The translations under genes were made by a program, and so were the position numbers. A stretch of 64,000 nt of DNA from a virus (Duplodnaviria > Caudoviricetes), in the IMG/VR virus record IMGVR_UViG_3300044840_000109, positions 17,597-81,596 of that record. One strand, written 5' to 3'. The notes under the pieces are model-generated. The model saw nothing but the letters and a program-made list of their open reading frames with translations, was not told where the DNA came from and searched no databases. Shown piece after piece: positions 55,691 through 64,000 of this stretch. Position 1 is the stretch's first letter. Every line of letters begins with the position of its first letter.

Positions 55691-56833
55691 TTAGTTGGTC
55701 GCGCACTGAACGACGGCGTAGTCCGTGATGAGCCCGAGGCCCCAGATCGAATACCATGCCAACGCGTGCTCGCGACCGAAGTCGAGTACGCCGCCATCGC
55801 GAAGCTCGACCGGGAGGGAGATTGCGTGCCCGGCCGCGTTATCTCCGATTACCAGAGCACGGTAAATGCTGTTCACCGGTGCATTCGGGTTCGACGGGAC
55901 CTGGGTGACAGCCGCGTTGGCGGGCACCGGGGAGGCTGCGGTACGCGCCGGCTGGCCGTTCCAGAGCTGGCTGTTGCCAGTCGGAATTCCGGTGCCGAGC
56001 TGAACGGTCGCAGGCGGAGTGGTGACGCCCTGGAAGACCTGGGTCGTTTCAATGAACACCACGTCGTTCAGGCGGCCGATCTCCCCAAGCATAAAGTTCC
56101 CCGGGGCCGCGTACTTCGTGACCTCGATAAACTCGGGGTCGTCGCGGAGGCGACGGCTCTGATGCGGGTGGACAAAAGCGACATATGTCTCACCGAGTCG
56201 CGGGACGTTCTTGGTCGCCAGGGTCTCCACGGCGTCCTTGACCAGGGCGGCAGTGAAGTAGAAGCCCCCGTTGGTGGTCATGGTCGCCTCGGAGTCAGCG
56301 AAGACCCCACGGTCGTACGGGGAGATCGGGGTACGTGCCAGGCCGGCGCCCCAGGTGGCCAGCTTGTCGTAGCCGTAGATGACCGACGGAGCGCCGAGCA
56401 GCACGTCACGGCACTGTCCGTCGAGGTAGGTTGCCATGTTCCTGCCAAGGAGCCTGGCTGCCGACGCCATGACGTCATCGAAGCTGGAGTTGAGAAGCAG
56501 CTCGGTGACGGCGACCGCGAATCCTTGTTCAGCGACCGTAATTGTGATCTGTTCGGCCGTGAGGGCATGGGTTTCCATGCGAACGCCCTCAACGAGCTGC
56601 TGCGCACCATCGAGGCTGCGGTACCGCATGAAGTTTACGGTCAAGCCGGGCGCGGTTCCGAGTTCGGTTTTCTTGACCATGAACTGCTCGAAGCGCAGGA
56701 TTGGCATGGCCTGAAACAAGATTTCCTTGCTCCAGATCGTCTGAATGGCAGGCGTGAGCATCGTGGAGGACGATGCCGCGTATGCCGTCGGCGTGGGGGA
56801 CAGAAGCGGTGTCCCAGTGATGCCACTTGCCAT
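55691..56833 (-). CDS. major capsid protein (N4-gp56-like)
   Basis: IWSKEIL..A.P.LRF.QF, HPHQ...LR.DP, GEIG....V.F.ET, DFGR...AWY..G. Confidence 0.9.
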   Translation of the reverse strand: MASGITGTPLLSPTPTAYAASSSTMLTPAIQTIWSKEILFQAMPILRFEQFMVKKTELGTAPGLTVNFMRYRSLDGAQQLVEGVRMETHALTAEQITITVAEQGFAVAVTELLLNSSFDDVMASAARLLGRNMATYLDGQCRDVLLGAPSVIYGYDKLATWGAGLARTPISPYDRGVFADSEATMTTNGGFYFTAALVKDAVETLATKNVPRLGETYVAFVHPHQSRRLRDDPEFIEVTKYAAPGNFMLGEIGRLNDVVFIETTQVFQGVTTPPATVQLGTGIPTGNSQLWNGQPARTAASPVPANAAVTQVPSNPNAPVNSIYRALVIGDNAAGHAISLPVELRDGGVLDFGREHALAWYSIWGLGLITDYAVVQCATN

Positions 56834-56871
56834 TTTGGTCGGGCCTTCCTATACGTACGTGGTGCAGCCGC

Positions 56872-57654
56872 TCAGTCGAAGAGCCCGCGATTGGTGGAAT
56901 TCGCGCCCTTTCCCAGAAGCTGCGGCCGAAGCGCCGCGAACTGCTTCATGGGCATTGCCTTGAGCTGCTCAGGGGTGAGGGTCTGGGTGTTTCCCTCGTT
57001 GTCGAGGGGACCGGCGGAGGTAAAGCCGGTGGGGGCCGTCCCGCGCAGCTGCGAACGGGCCGCAGTCTGAGCGCCGGCGACGGACTGGAGAATCTCGTCC
57101 GTCTTCGCCTTCAGCAGCTCAACGGAGGCATCCACCTCTTCACGGGTGTCCCCGGAGATAAGGTCGACCAGCTGCGGCGCAATCGACTCGCGCTCCTGGT
57201 TCACGCGCTCCTGGATATAGGCGCGAAGCTGCGCGAATTCCGCCTCCTTGGCGAGAGCTGCCTCCCGAAGGACACGCTGCTCTTCCAGGGTCGCGAAGCG
57301 CTGCTCGAATTCCTGGGTCTTGGCCTGGAGGAGCTTGCGGGCGGACATCTCCGCCTCGGCCTTCGCCTTCTTGCGGTCGCCCCTTCCGGCGTCCTTGGCG
57401 GCCTTCGCCGCTTCCTTCGCCGCCTTGCGCTCGTCGCGTTCCCGCGAAATGCGCTGCAGCTCGGTCTCCACCGACGCCACGCGCTCGTCCGCCCTCGTCA
57501 GGCGGCCGTAGAGCTTGTCCTTCTCCTCCTGACGCGCCCGCTCCATATCGGCAGCGGTGAACGTCTTCGGAGGATTGGTCACCGTAATGGTGTCCACCGG
57601 GAGCGTGTTCGTAGTGGTAGTGAGGGTTACTTCAGGAAGAGGGACGGTCATCAT
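56872..57654 (-). CDS. capsid scaffolding protein
   Basis: FT..D.E.AR..EK.KLY; coiled coil; between portal and MCP. Confidence 0.8.
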   Translation of the reverse strand: MMTVPLPEVTLTTTTNTLPVDTITVTNPPKTFTAADMERARQEEKDKLYGRLTRADERVASVETELQRISRERDERKAAKEAAKAAKDAGRGDRKKAKAEAEMSARKLLQAKTQEFEQRFATLEEQRVLREAALAKEAEFAQLRAYIQERVNQERESIAPQLVDLISGDTREEVDASVELLKAKTDEILQSVAGAQTAARSQLRGTAPTGFTSAGPLDNEGNTQTLTPEQLKAMPMKQFAALRPQLLGKGANSTNRGLFD

Positions 57655-57665
57655 TCACCCCTGTG

Positions 57666-59370
57666 TTAGTCCGAGTCTTTGTCCGGATTCCTCAGCTGGG
57701 CGAGTTTTGTGCCCTGCGCGAGAGTCGTGAGTTCGGAAATCATTGATTGGCCGCTTTGTCCGACCTCGACCCCAGGAAGACCTGGGAGAGGGCCGGGATC
57801 CGCGCCTTCCGGACTGTCGCCGGCGCTCGCAGGTGCTGGAGCCTCCACCCCTTCGGGAGGGAGCCCTGTAGCACGGAGAATGGCAGAAGCAATTTGCGCT
57901 TTAATAAAGTCAAGCGCTCCGTCTTCCTTCGCTTCGACAAGCTGCTCATCGAAAATCTCGGCCATTTTCTCGTCGGGAAAGTCGCACCCCAACTCTCGAA
58001 GAGCCCCACGCTTCGACTCCAGGCCGAGCGCGAGCTTCGCCTGAATCTCGTTCAACTTGATGAGCTGATCGATAGGAAGCGGCGGAGGCCAGTCGATATC
58101 CGTCTGGTAGACGCTCGGATCCGACGGGTCGAGAATCAGCGGCTGCTCGTCGCTGGTCTGGATCCCGTCGGTGTCCGGGTTGTACGCCAGCGTCTCGGGC
58201 TCGTAGAGGAAGAGGGTCCGCAGGATCAGCGAATTGATGACGCGCAGGCCGATGCTGTAGTTCGTCTGCTTCAGCGAATACCTTGACATCAATGGCATGT
58301 ACATGATGGACAGGGCAACCCCACTCGTATTCGAGATCGGTTGCATCTGCCCGAGAGCCGTCTCCGGGACGCCCGTCAGCTCATGCATCGCCCGCTTGAT
58401 GAGTTCCAGGTACTGCAGGGGCCCATTGAGGTCGACGCCGTTTTCCAAATTGAAGACATTCGCGTCCTTGGGGAGCCCGCCCCACACTTTCTTGGCTCCA
58501 CGCTCAAGCGACGAAACTTTCGCACCGGTCACGATGGTCAAAGGCGCACTGTGATAATTCACAATGTCGCTGACTTCGGTGCACTTCTCGTTGTACTCGC
58601 GGTTGAGCGGGATCACGTCCACGATGTCCGACAGGCCCCAGGGGGAGCCGGACACGGAGATGTTGCGAATGTGGACGATGGGGATCTCGCCCAGGGGGTT
58701 CACGCGGGCGTCGAGCAGCTCGTCGTTGACGTATTCCTCGATGTAGGAATCTGTGAGGATTTCCGTGTAGGTGTACACGGTCCTGGTCCCCTCCAGCGAG
58801 GTCCCCCAAAACCGGTATTTGATCTTTACACGAAGCAACCTGTCGCGGTCGTGCGGATGGTATTCAGGAAAGACCTGGGCGCCGTTGAGCGGGAGCACGC
58901 GTACGCGGCCCGGGTGGAGGTTCCCGGCACTGTCGTTCCACGCGGCCTCGTAGGCGACCTTGACGAAGCAGTCGCCCGCCACCGAGCCGTTCTCGCCCAT
59001 CTGCCATAGGACGGTTTTCTTGTCGTTGTCGACGGTCCAGACGCGGTCCAGGAGGGCCGGGATGATGTGCTCGTACTTTTTGTCGGTCTGGAAGTTGACG
59101 CCGCGACCGAAAGTGAAGTTGGTGATGTACCGCGAAAGCGCGCCGACGTAGTTGACCGTGATGTTCGGCTCGCCGGCCTCACGCCGATACGCCCAGTGGT
59201 AGCCGAGGTAGAACGCCCATGCGTTCGCGTAGCGGGTCAGGCGGGGACCGTGGACCTCGAATTCATCGAGGTAATTCGTCCGCCAGCTCAACGAGGCCGA
59301 GCGGGCTCACGGAGATAGTGAGGTCGCTGGCTGCAGCGCGCTGCGATGGAGAGACAAAGGCGATCGACAT
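57666..59370 (-). CDS. portal protein, split reading frame (59275..59370 joined to 57666..59261 by proposed translational bypass)
   Basis: Portal-like body (GD.FVKV, PIVHI.N, WG.SD..D.I.LN..YN); AAGGAGGTGA SD before ATG 59370 in a different frame; ORF-track TTG 59291 lacks an SD. Confidence 0.85.
59254..59277 (-). other. candidate UUA-triggered translational bypass site GAA-[TTACCTCGAT]-GAA
   Basis: Matched GAA codons 10 nt apart, TTA right after take-off, in-frame TGA, 7-bp hairpin ACCTCGA/TCGAGGT. Confidence 0.75.
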
Positions 59371-59408
59371 GGCATCACCTCCTTACTGGGACTAGTAGGA
59401 ACCGCGGG

Positions 59409-60137
59409 TCAGTAAGGAAGGGGGATGTCCGGTCCGGTGGACCAGGGCAGGAGGGTGCCCCAGATGGTGGGGAGCGGGATCGCGGACGAGGCGTGGGTGT
59501 TGCTGCTCGCGAATGCGCCGACCTGGATGTTGAGAGAGGCCGTGGCGCTGGCGGGGATGGTCACCATGAAGGACCCGTTGAATACCTGCGCGGGCGCGTA
59601 CTGGTTCCCGGAGCCGTAGAAAGTCAGCGCCTGCGAGGCGACGCCGCCGATGGTCGCGTTCCCCCGGAAAGTGATCGGTTCGGCGCTGTTGTTCTCGTAG
59701 TAGTAGCCGCACGACATGTGGCAGATCAGCAGGCGCTTGAACCCGGCGGTGGGGACCGTCTTACTGACGACCACGGTGATGAGAGAGGGGATGGTCGCAA
59801 GGCGCGGGGGGCTGCTGTTGATCTGGACGAAGCCGTTGGGCGCGTTGTTCAGCGGGGCCGTGAGGGTCTGCAGCGCGGCGATGGCGGAGTTCGCGGTAGT
59901 GATCTGGCCGGCCTGGGTGGACTGCGTGGACGTCAGCGTGGTGATGGCCGGCCCGACGTTGAGCAGGTTCTGCCCGGTCGTGGGGACGGGTGTGCCACTG
60001 CCCGAGCCCGTGGTGCACAGGAGCTTGAGCAGTGCGTCGACGTCGGTCCCGAGCCGGATGAGGTCGGCGGGGATGTCGGGCAGGTCTCCCTCTGCGGGGA
60101 GACGGAAACCTGCCCACGGAGTGGGAGTGCCGGCCAC
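59409..60137 (-). CDS. minor structural/fibre-like protein
   Basis: P.AGFRLP..GD.PDIPADL..L..DVD N-terminus, coiled coil, beta-rich C-terminus. Confidence 0.6.
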   Translation of the reverse strand: MAGTPTPWAGFRLPAEGDLPDIPADLIRLGTDVDALLKLLCTTGSGSGTPVPTTGQNLLNVGPAITTLTSTQSTQAGQITTANSAIAALQTLTAPLNNAPNGFVQINSSPPRLATIPSLITVVVSKTVPTAGFKRLLICHMSCGYYYENNSAEPITFRGNATIGGVASQALTFYGSGNQYAPAQVFNGSFMVTIPASATASLNIQVGAFASSNTHASSAIPLPTIWGTLLPWSTGPDIPLPY

Positions 60138-60142
60138 TGTGC

Positions 60143-60532
60143 TTAGTCCACCCGGGCGTAGTTGCTGCGGATGTGGTGGCCCTCGCCGCGGTTGACCTTC
60201 GCGTAGGTCTGCTCGGTCTCGGAGGCGCCCTCGGCGAATCCGGAGAGGAAGGTGGGAGCCTCGGGCCAGGAGGCACTGCCCACGTGCGCGCGCTCGCGCA
60301 TGGTCTCCTCCGGCGGCTTCTCGAAGACGTTCATGTTGTGGTTCGCGCGTCCCGGAGGGGTCTGGTATCCCTGCATGGCGCCGCGGGCGAATTCGTTCGG
60401 CACGTCGGTGTCGGTCGCAATTCCCTCCTGGAAACGCAGGGGGCCGCGACGGGTCGTGTTGACGGCCGTCTTGGTTTCGTAGGACCGGTCAGCGCTTTCG
60501 CGGAATTCCGGGTCCGGTGCAAGGGTGGCCAT
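60143..60532 (-). CDS. hypothetical virion-module protein
   Basis: Start MATLAP after GGAGG SD; GPLRF.EG..TDTDVP..F..G. Confidence 0.7.
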   Translation of the reverse strand: MATLAPDPEFRESADRSYETKTAVNTTRRGPLRFQEGIATDTDVPNEFARGAMQGYQTPPGRANHNMNVFEKPPEETMRERAHVGSASWPEAPTFLSGFAEGASETEQTYAKVNRGEGHHIRSNYARVD

Positions 60533-60598
60533 GTGTGCCTCCGGTGAGTTGAGACGTCTCATCTCGGAAGCTAGGCCGTGTTTTTTTAGGCCCAGTAA

Positions 60599-62083
60599 TT
60601 ACCAGAACGCGTGAGTGACCTCGACCTCGGGCATTGTCATTTCTGCGGTGAGCCATAGCGCATTGGAGAGGGAGTCCACGTAGTCGTCGTGAGCGGCTTC
60701 GGTGGTGGGGGCTGCGACGACGATGTGGGGCCCGACATAATTGAGTTCGGCGTCTTCCATCTGCTGGCGGAATTTCTTCCAGTTGCGGGTCTGGCGGGTT
60801 TTCGCGTGCGCCGGCCACACGAGCAGGTTCTTGCTCATGAGGTCGAGCATGTGGCCCCACCTCTTTGTCTGTGCGCCGCGGTCCGACTTGAGGTCCCGGA
60901 TGTCGGCGTAGGGCATCAGCACCTTGAGGCGCGAGGAGACGACATCACCCAGGCCCCCGGCGTCGATGCCGATGGCGTAGACGTTGTAGTGGGAGAGGAA
61001 CTCGACTATGCGGAAGTACTGGGTCTCCCAGTCGGCGCCCTGGAGGTCGAGCCAGTTGAGGACGCGGTGCTCGTAGTTTCCGAATTCGTCCGGGTAGTCC
61101 CAATTGACGAAACAAACCGTGACCACGGTGGAGTCGGTTTTGCGTGCGGGGTCGATGCCGACGATGACCGGGCTCTTGTGGTATTCGCCGACGGTGCGCA
61201 TGCGGGTGTCGCCGAGGGCCTCGAACTTGTCGGAGGTGACGAGCATGCCCTTGTCGAGCATCCAAATGAGCCGGTAGCTCAGCTTGAATTCGTCACTGTC
61301 CTCGCCGAGGCGTTCCATCTCGCTTTTGACGGTCTTGCCGTAGCGGGGGTAGTGCTTCGCGACCTCTTTCCAGGAGACCTCGAAGTGGTTGGTCTTCTTG
61401 CCCGTAGCGCGCTTGTTCTGCTGGATCAGGGCGTAGAAGGCGCTCTTGTTGTACGTGGGCGTACCGGTGAAGCAGATGGTCCCGCCCGTCGCCATCGTCA
61501 TAGGGGCGATCGACTTGTTGATGACCTTGTCGTCTGCGGCCTGGGCTTCATCGATGACGATGAGGTGGTAGGTCTGGCCTTCGATGGCGGCCTTCGGGTG
61601 CGCGGTCTGCTTGCGGATCAAGCTGCCGCACTTCTTGAGCTTGAGGAGTTTTCCGCGGCCTTCGAGGCGGTCATCGATCTCGGGGTCGGCGAGGATTTCC
61701 TGGGCGTGGTCCGAGGTGAGGCGCGAGACGATGCGAGAGAAGAGAGTCTCTGACATTTCGTCCGTGGGCGCGAAGACACCGACCCAGAGTCCGTCGGCGT
61801 ATTTTCCGAGGAGGTCGGGGAAGATTTTCGCCAGGCGCGGCATCATGATCACGAGTCCCGCGACGGTGTTCGCAACCGTCTCGCTCTTGCCGCTCTGGCG
61901 CGCCCAGAGCGCGGTAATTTTGGCGGAGTCCTCGATGATCAGGCTCTCGATCACGCGCTCGGCGAAGGGGCGCTGATAGGGGCGCAGCGGGTGCTCGGAC
62001 AGCTCATCGATGACGAGGATGATCTTCGCGATGATGTCCTTGATCAGCTCGGCCTGAGCCAGGGGCTTCGGGAGGATCTCCAT
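60599..62083 (-). CDS. terL: terminase large subunit
   Basis: RQSGKS Walker A, IVIDEAQ, FTGTP, GIDPA, HDDYVDS. Confidence 0.92.
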   Translation of the reverse strand: MEILPKPLAQAELIKDIIAKIILVIDELSEHPLRPYQRPFAERVIESLIIEDSAKITALWARQSGKSETVANTVAGLVIMMPRLAKIFPDLLGKYADGLWVGVFAPTDEMSETLFSRIVSRLTSDHAQEILADPEIDDRLEGRGKLLKLKKCGSLIRKQTAHPKAAIEGQTYHLIVIDEAQAADDKVINKSIAPMTMATGGTICFTGTPTYNKSAFYALIQQNKRATGKKTNHFEVSWKEVAKHYPRYGKTVKSEMERLGEDSDEFKLSYRLIWMLDKGMLVTSDKFEALGDTRMRTVGEYHKSPVIVGIDPARKTDSTVVTVCFVNWDYPDEFGNYEHRVLNWLDLQGADWETQYFRIVEFLSHYNVYAIGIDAGGLGDVVSSRLKVLMPYADIRDLKSDRGAQTKRWGHMLDLMSKNLLVWPAHAKTRQTRNWKKFRQQMEDAELNYVGPHIVVAAPTTEAAHDDYVDSLSNALWLTAEMTMPEVEVTHAFW

Positions 62084-62141
62084 GGGCGGAGGGTAAAAGC
62101 GGACAAATTATCCCGAGTAATGGCCGGACCTGCCGGTAACG

Positions 62142-62171
62142 TTGTGCTAAGCGTGCGTTGTTCGCTACGTT
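62142..62171 (+). promoter_or_regulatory. promoter TTGTGC-N18-TACGTT giving a leaderless integrase mRNA
   Basis: -10 ends 6 nt before ATG 62178; no SD. Confidence 0.55.
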
Positions 62172-62177
62172 GCCGCC

Positions 62178-63314
62178 ATGACAGTGACTGAGACCCCCGC
62201 CGTGCCCACCGGGTACGCCTCCCGCAAGGCCCGCCGCAGTGGGGGTCGCCCCGACGTCAAGGACCTCATCGCCTCCTGGGTCGCGCCGATGACGCCCGAG
62301 ACGAATCGCAAGTTCCGCAAGTGGGTGGGCGCGTACGTCCAGTTCCTCGACCAGCTCGCCAAGGTGGACAACCCTGAGGCCACGCTGCACCCAGCCGACG
62401 CCGAGGCCGAGGACTTCGACCAGTTCATGCAGACACTGGCCTCCGTGCACTACGACGACCATCCGGGCGAGTGCATGCGCGGAGTCTGCGACTACATGCC
62501 GATCACCACGATTCAGCGCAAGGACGCACGGATCGCGGTACGCCTCTTCTACGACTTCCTGGTGGAACGGCGCGTCGCGGACTACCAGATCGTCCCGCGC
62601 CTACGTGGACGCCGCGGGACGGGCAACAAAGCGCACGACAAGGAGTTCTTCCTGCCCGAGGAGCTGGGGCGAATCATGCAGTGCGCCCAGGAGTCCAGCC
62701 CTCAGGACGCGCTAATCTGCGGGCTGTTCATCGGCACCGGCATGCGCCCCGCAGAGCAGCATCTCCTCAACGTCGACCAGTTCGGACGGAACCAGTACGC
62801 GCGGACGTTGAAATTCCTGCGTGTCAAGAAGGGGGAGGAGCCCTACTGGCAGACAATCTCTCTGGGGAGCCTCCTCTCGCCCATCATCGACGCCTGGACC
62901 GACGGGCGTACGTCCGGACCGCTGATCATCTCCACCGGGCGGCGCACCCGGAACCCTGAGACGAATCTCCTGGAGCACACCAGGTTGGACCCGTCGGGAG
63001 TCCGGCGCCGCGTGCAGCGAATCTGTGCGGATGCCGGCGTGCACTCCGAGGCGAACCCCTACATGTTCCGCGACACGTACGGAACACTGAACGTCACGCT
63101 GACCAGCCCCTGGGAGAAACCGGGCGAGAAGGATGCGGAGGGTAAGCAGCTCGTCCGCCCTGCACGCACCAGCCTCGCCCGAATCAAGGTCGCCATGGCG
63201 CACAAGCACGTGAACACAACCATGATCTACTACAACGAGCACGGCCTGGCGCGCCGCGGGGCCATCGGTCATCAGGTCATCCGCTGGTGCCATGACTGGC
63301 GCATCGGCCTGTAG
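62178..63314 (+). CDS. tyrosine recombinase/integrase
   Basis: TGMRPAE (R), VKKG (K), YMFRDT (HxxR variant), MAH....TMIY (H/Y). Confidence 0.88.
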   Translation: MTVTETPAVPTGYASRKARRSGGRPDVKDLIASWVAPMTPETNRKFRKWVGAYVQFLDQLAKVDNPEATLHPADAEAEDFDQFMQTLASVHYDDHPGECMRGVCDYMPITTIQRKDARIAVRLFYDFLVERRVADYQIVPRLRGRRGTGNKAHDKEFFLPEELGRIMQCAQESSPQDALICGLFIGTGMRPAEQHLLNVDQFGRNQYARTLKFLRVKKGEEPYWQTISLGSLLSPIIDAWTDGRTSGPLIISTGRRTRNPETNLLEHTRLDPSGVRRRVQRICADAGVHSEANPYMFRDTYGTLNVTLTSPWEKPGEKDAEGKQLVRPARTSLARIKVAMAHKHVNTTMIYYNEHGLARRGAIGHQVIRWCHDWRIGL

Positions 63315-63324
63315 CGAATATCAG

Positions 63325-63377
63325 CGAAAAGCCCTCCCTGCCTACCGTTATTGGACGGCCGCAAGGGAGGGCTTTCG
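63325..63377 (+). promoter_or_regulatory. long hairpin (terminator or SD-sequestering)
   Basis: GAAAAGCCCTCCCT pairs with AGGGAGGGCTTTC and covers the AAGGGAGG SD of the next gene. Confidence 0.55.
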
Positions 63378-63379
63378 TT

Positions 63380-64000
63380 ATGCCACCACGCAGGAAGCGG
63401 TCCGGGAGCAACAACCCGGGCCAGGGGAAGAACCCGGCGGCCGGCGCCGGCAAGGGCAACGCGTCCCGCAGGCGCTCCACCCCCTCCTCCTCCTCCTCCG
63501 CCCCCAGGGAGACCGCCTCCGAGCGCGTCAAGCGCCTGCGCAACACCGGAGCCGTCCCTCGCTCCAGCCGCGAGGAGAAGCGGACCTTCGAGTCCAGGCG
63601 CGTTCCGACCAGCATCAACTCCCAGCCCGACCACACCCCCGCCGAGGTCCGCGCGTGGATCGATGACGCCTCCAACAACCTCTCACTCAACACGCAGCAG
63701 GCCCTCAAGCGCGCCGAGTGGTACCACGACGACACGAGCCTCCTGCCGGTGCGCCCCACCCACACCAGCGACGACACGCGCCCGCGCACGCTCGCGGCCG
63801 GGTGGGACTACAAAAGCCAAACGCTCTTCGTCCGATTCCGCGGAAAGCGGATGTCGCCGGATACCTTCGCTGACGGCGTCGGCTACGAGTACTACAACGT
63901 CACCCAGGTCGAGTGGGAGCGGTTCCGCGACAACTGGTCCCCGGGCCGCTACATCAACGACGTCTTGGACACGCACCCCTACACGCCGGCCACCTGGTAG
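63380..64000 (+). CDS. KTSC-domain protein with basic disordered N-terminus
   Basis: AGWDYKSQTLFVRF...YEYYNV...W..F....SPGRYIN..L. Confidence 0.75.
   Translation: MPPRRKRSGSNNPGQGKNPAAGAGKGNASRRRSTPSSSSSAPRETASERVKRLRNTGAVPRSSREEKRTFESRRVPTSINSQPDHTPAEVRAWIDDASNNLSLNTQQALKRAEWYHDDTSLLPVRPTHTSDDTRPRTLAAGWDYKSQTLFVRFRGKRMSPDTFADGVGYEYYNVTQVEWERFRDNWSPGRYINDVLDTHPYTPATW

Noticed and set aside
59254-59277. Simple pseudogene, transposon footprint (GAATT direct repeat) or assembly error in the portal
   Set aside because: Cannot be excluded without reads. A random insert is unlikely to carry the sole in-frame TTA, a matched landing codon and a hairpin, and all other virion genes look intact.
57666-59291. 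Portal starting at TTG 59291 as given by the ORF track
   Set aside because: It has no SD, while a strong SD-ATG sits at 59370. Kept only as the fallback explanation.
1-64000. tRNA/rRNA genes, inteins, att sites and host genes
   Set aside because: No cloverleaf or T-loop motifs seen; terminase, helicases and PolA have ordinary lengths without intein motifs; no host junction identifiable by eye.

Overview
The whole window is one GC-rich actinobacterial (Streptomyces-like host) contractile-tailed phage or prophage segment, almost entirely on the minus strand. Read from 62 kb leftwards it holds terminase, portal, scaffold, capsid, neck, sheath, tube, chaperone, tape measure, baseplate and fibres. 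Then come a replication/recombination block (initiator, DnaC-like loader, DnaB, primase, SNF2 helicase, SSB, PolA, RecA, Cas4-like nuclease, RuvC), small basic proteins, lysis genes and accessory genes. A tyrosine recombinase and a KTSC-domain gene run divergently at the right end. I found no tRNA, rRNA, CRISPR array or att site. The most striking signal is that the portal gene is split. A strong-SD ATG at 59370 opens a 35-codon ORF that hits the only in-frame TTA (bldA) codon I found by eye in the phage genes, then stops. Matched GAA codons flank a 10-nt gap under a 7-bp hairpin, which suggests UUA-triggered translational bypassing that would couple virion assembly to host developmental stage. 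The phage also carries a BldG-like anti-anti-sigma with the phospho-Ser replaced by Ala, a WhiB-like protein and a SpoVS-like protein. Other candidates are a +1 frameshift (TTT CGT TGA) in the tail chaperone, a structured antisense-oriented sRNA, a recurring promoter architecture and a replication origin. Product names come from motif recognition by eye, not database searches.
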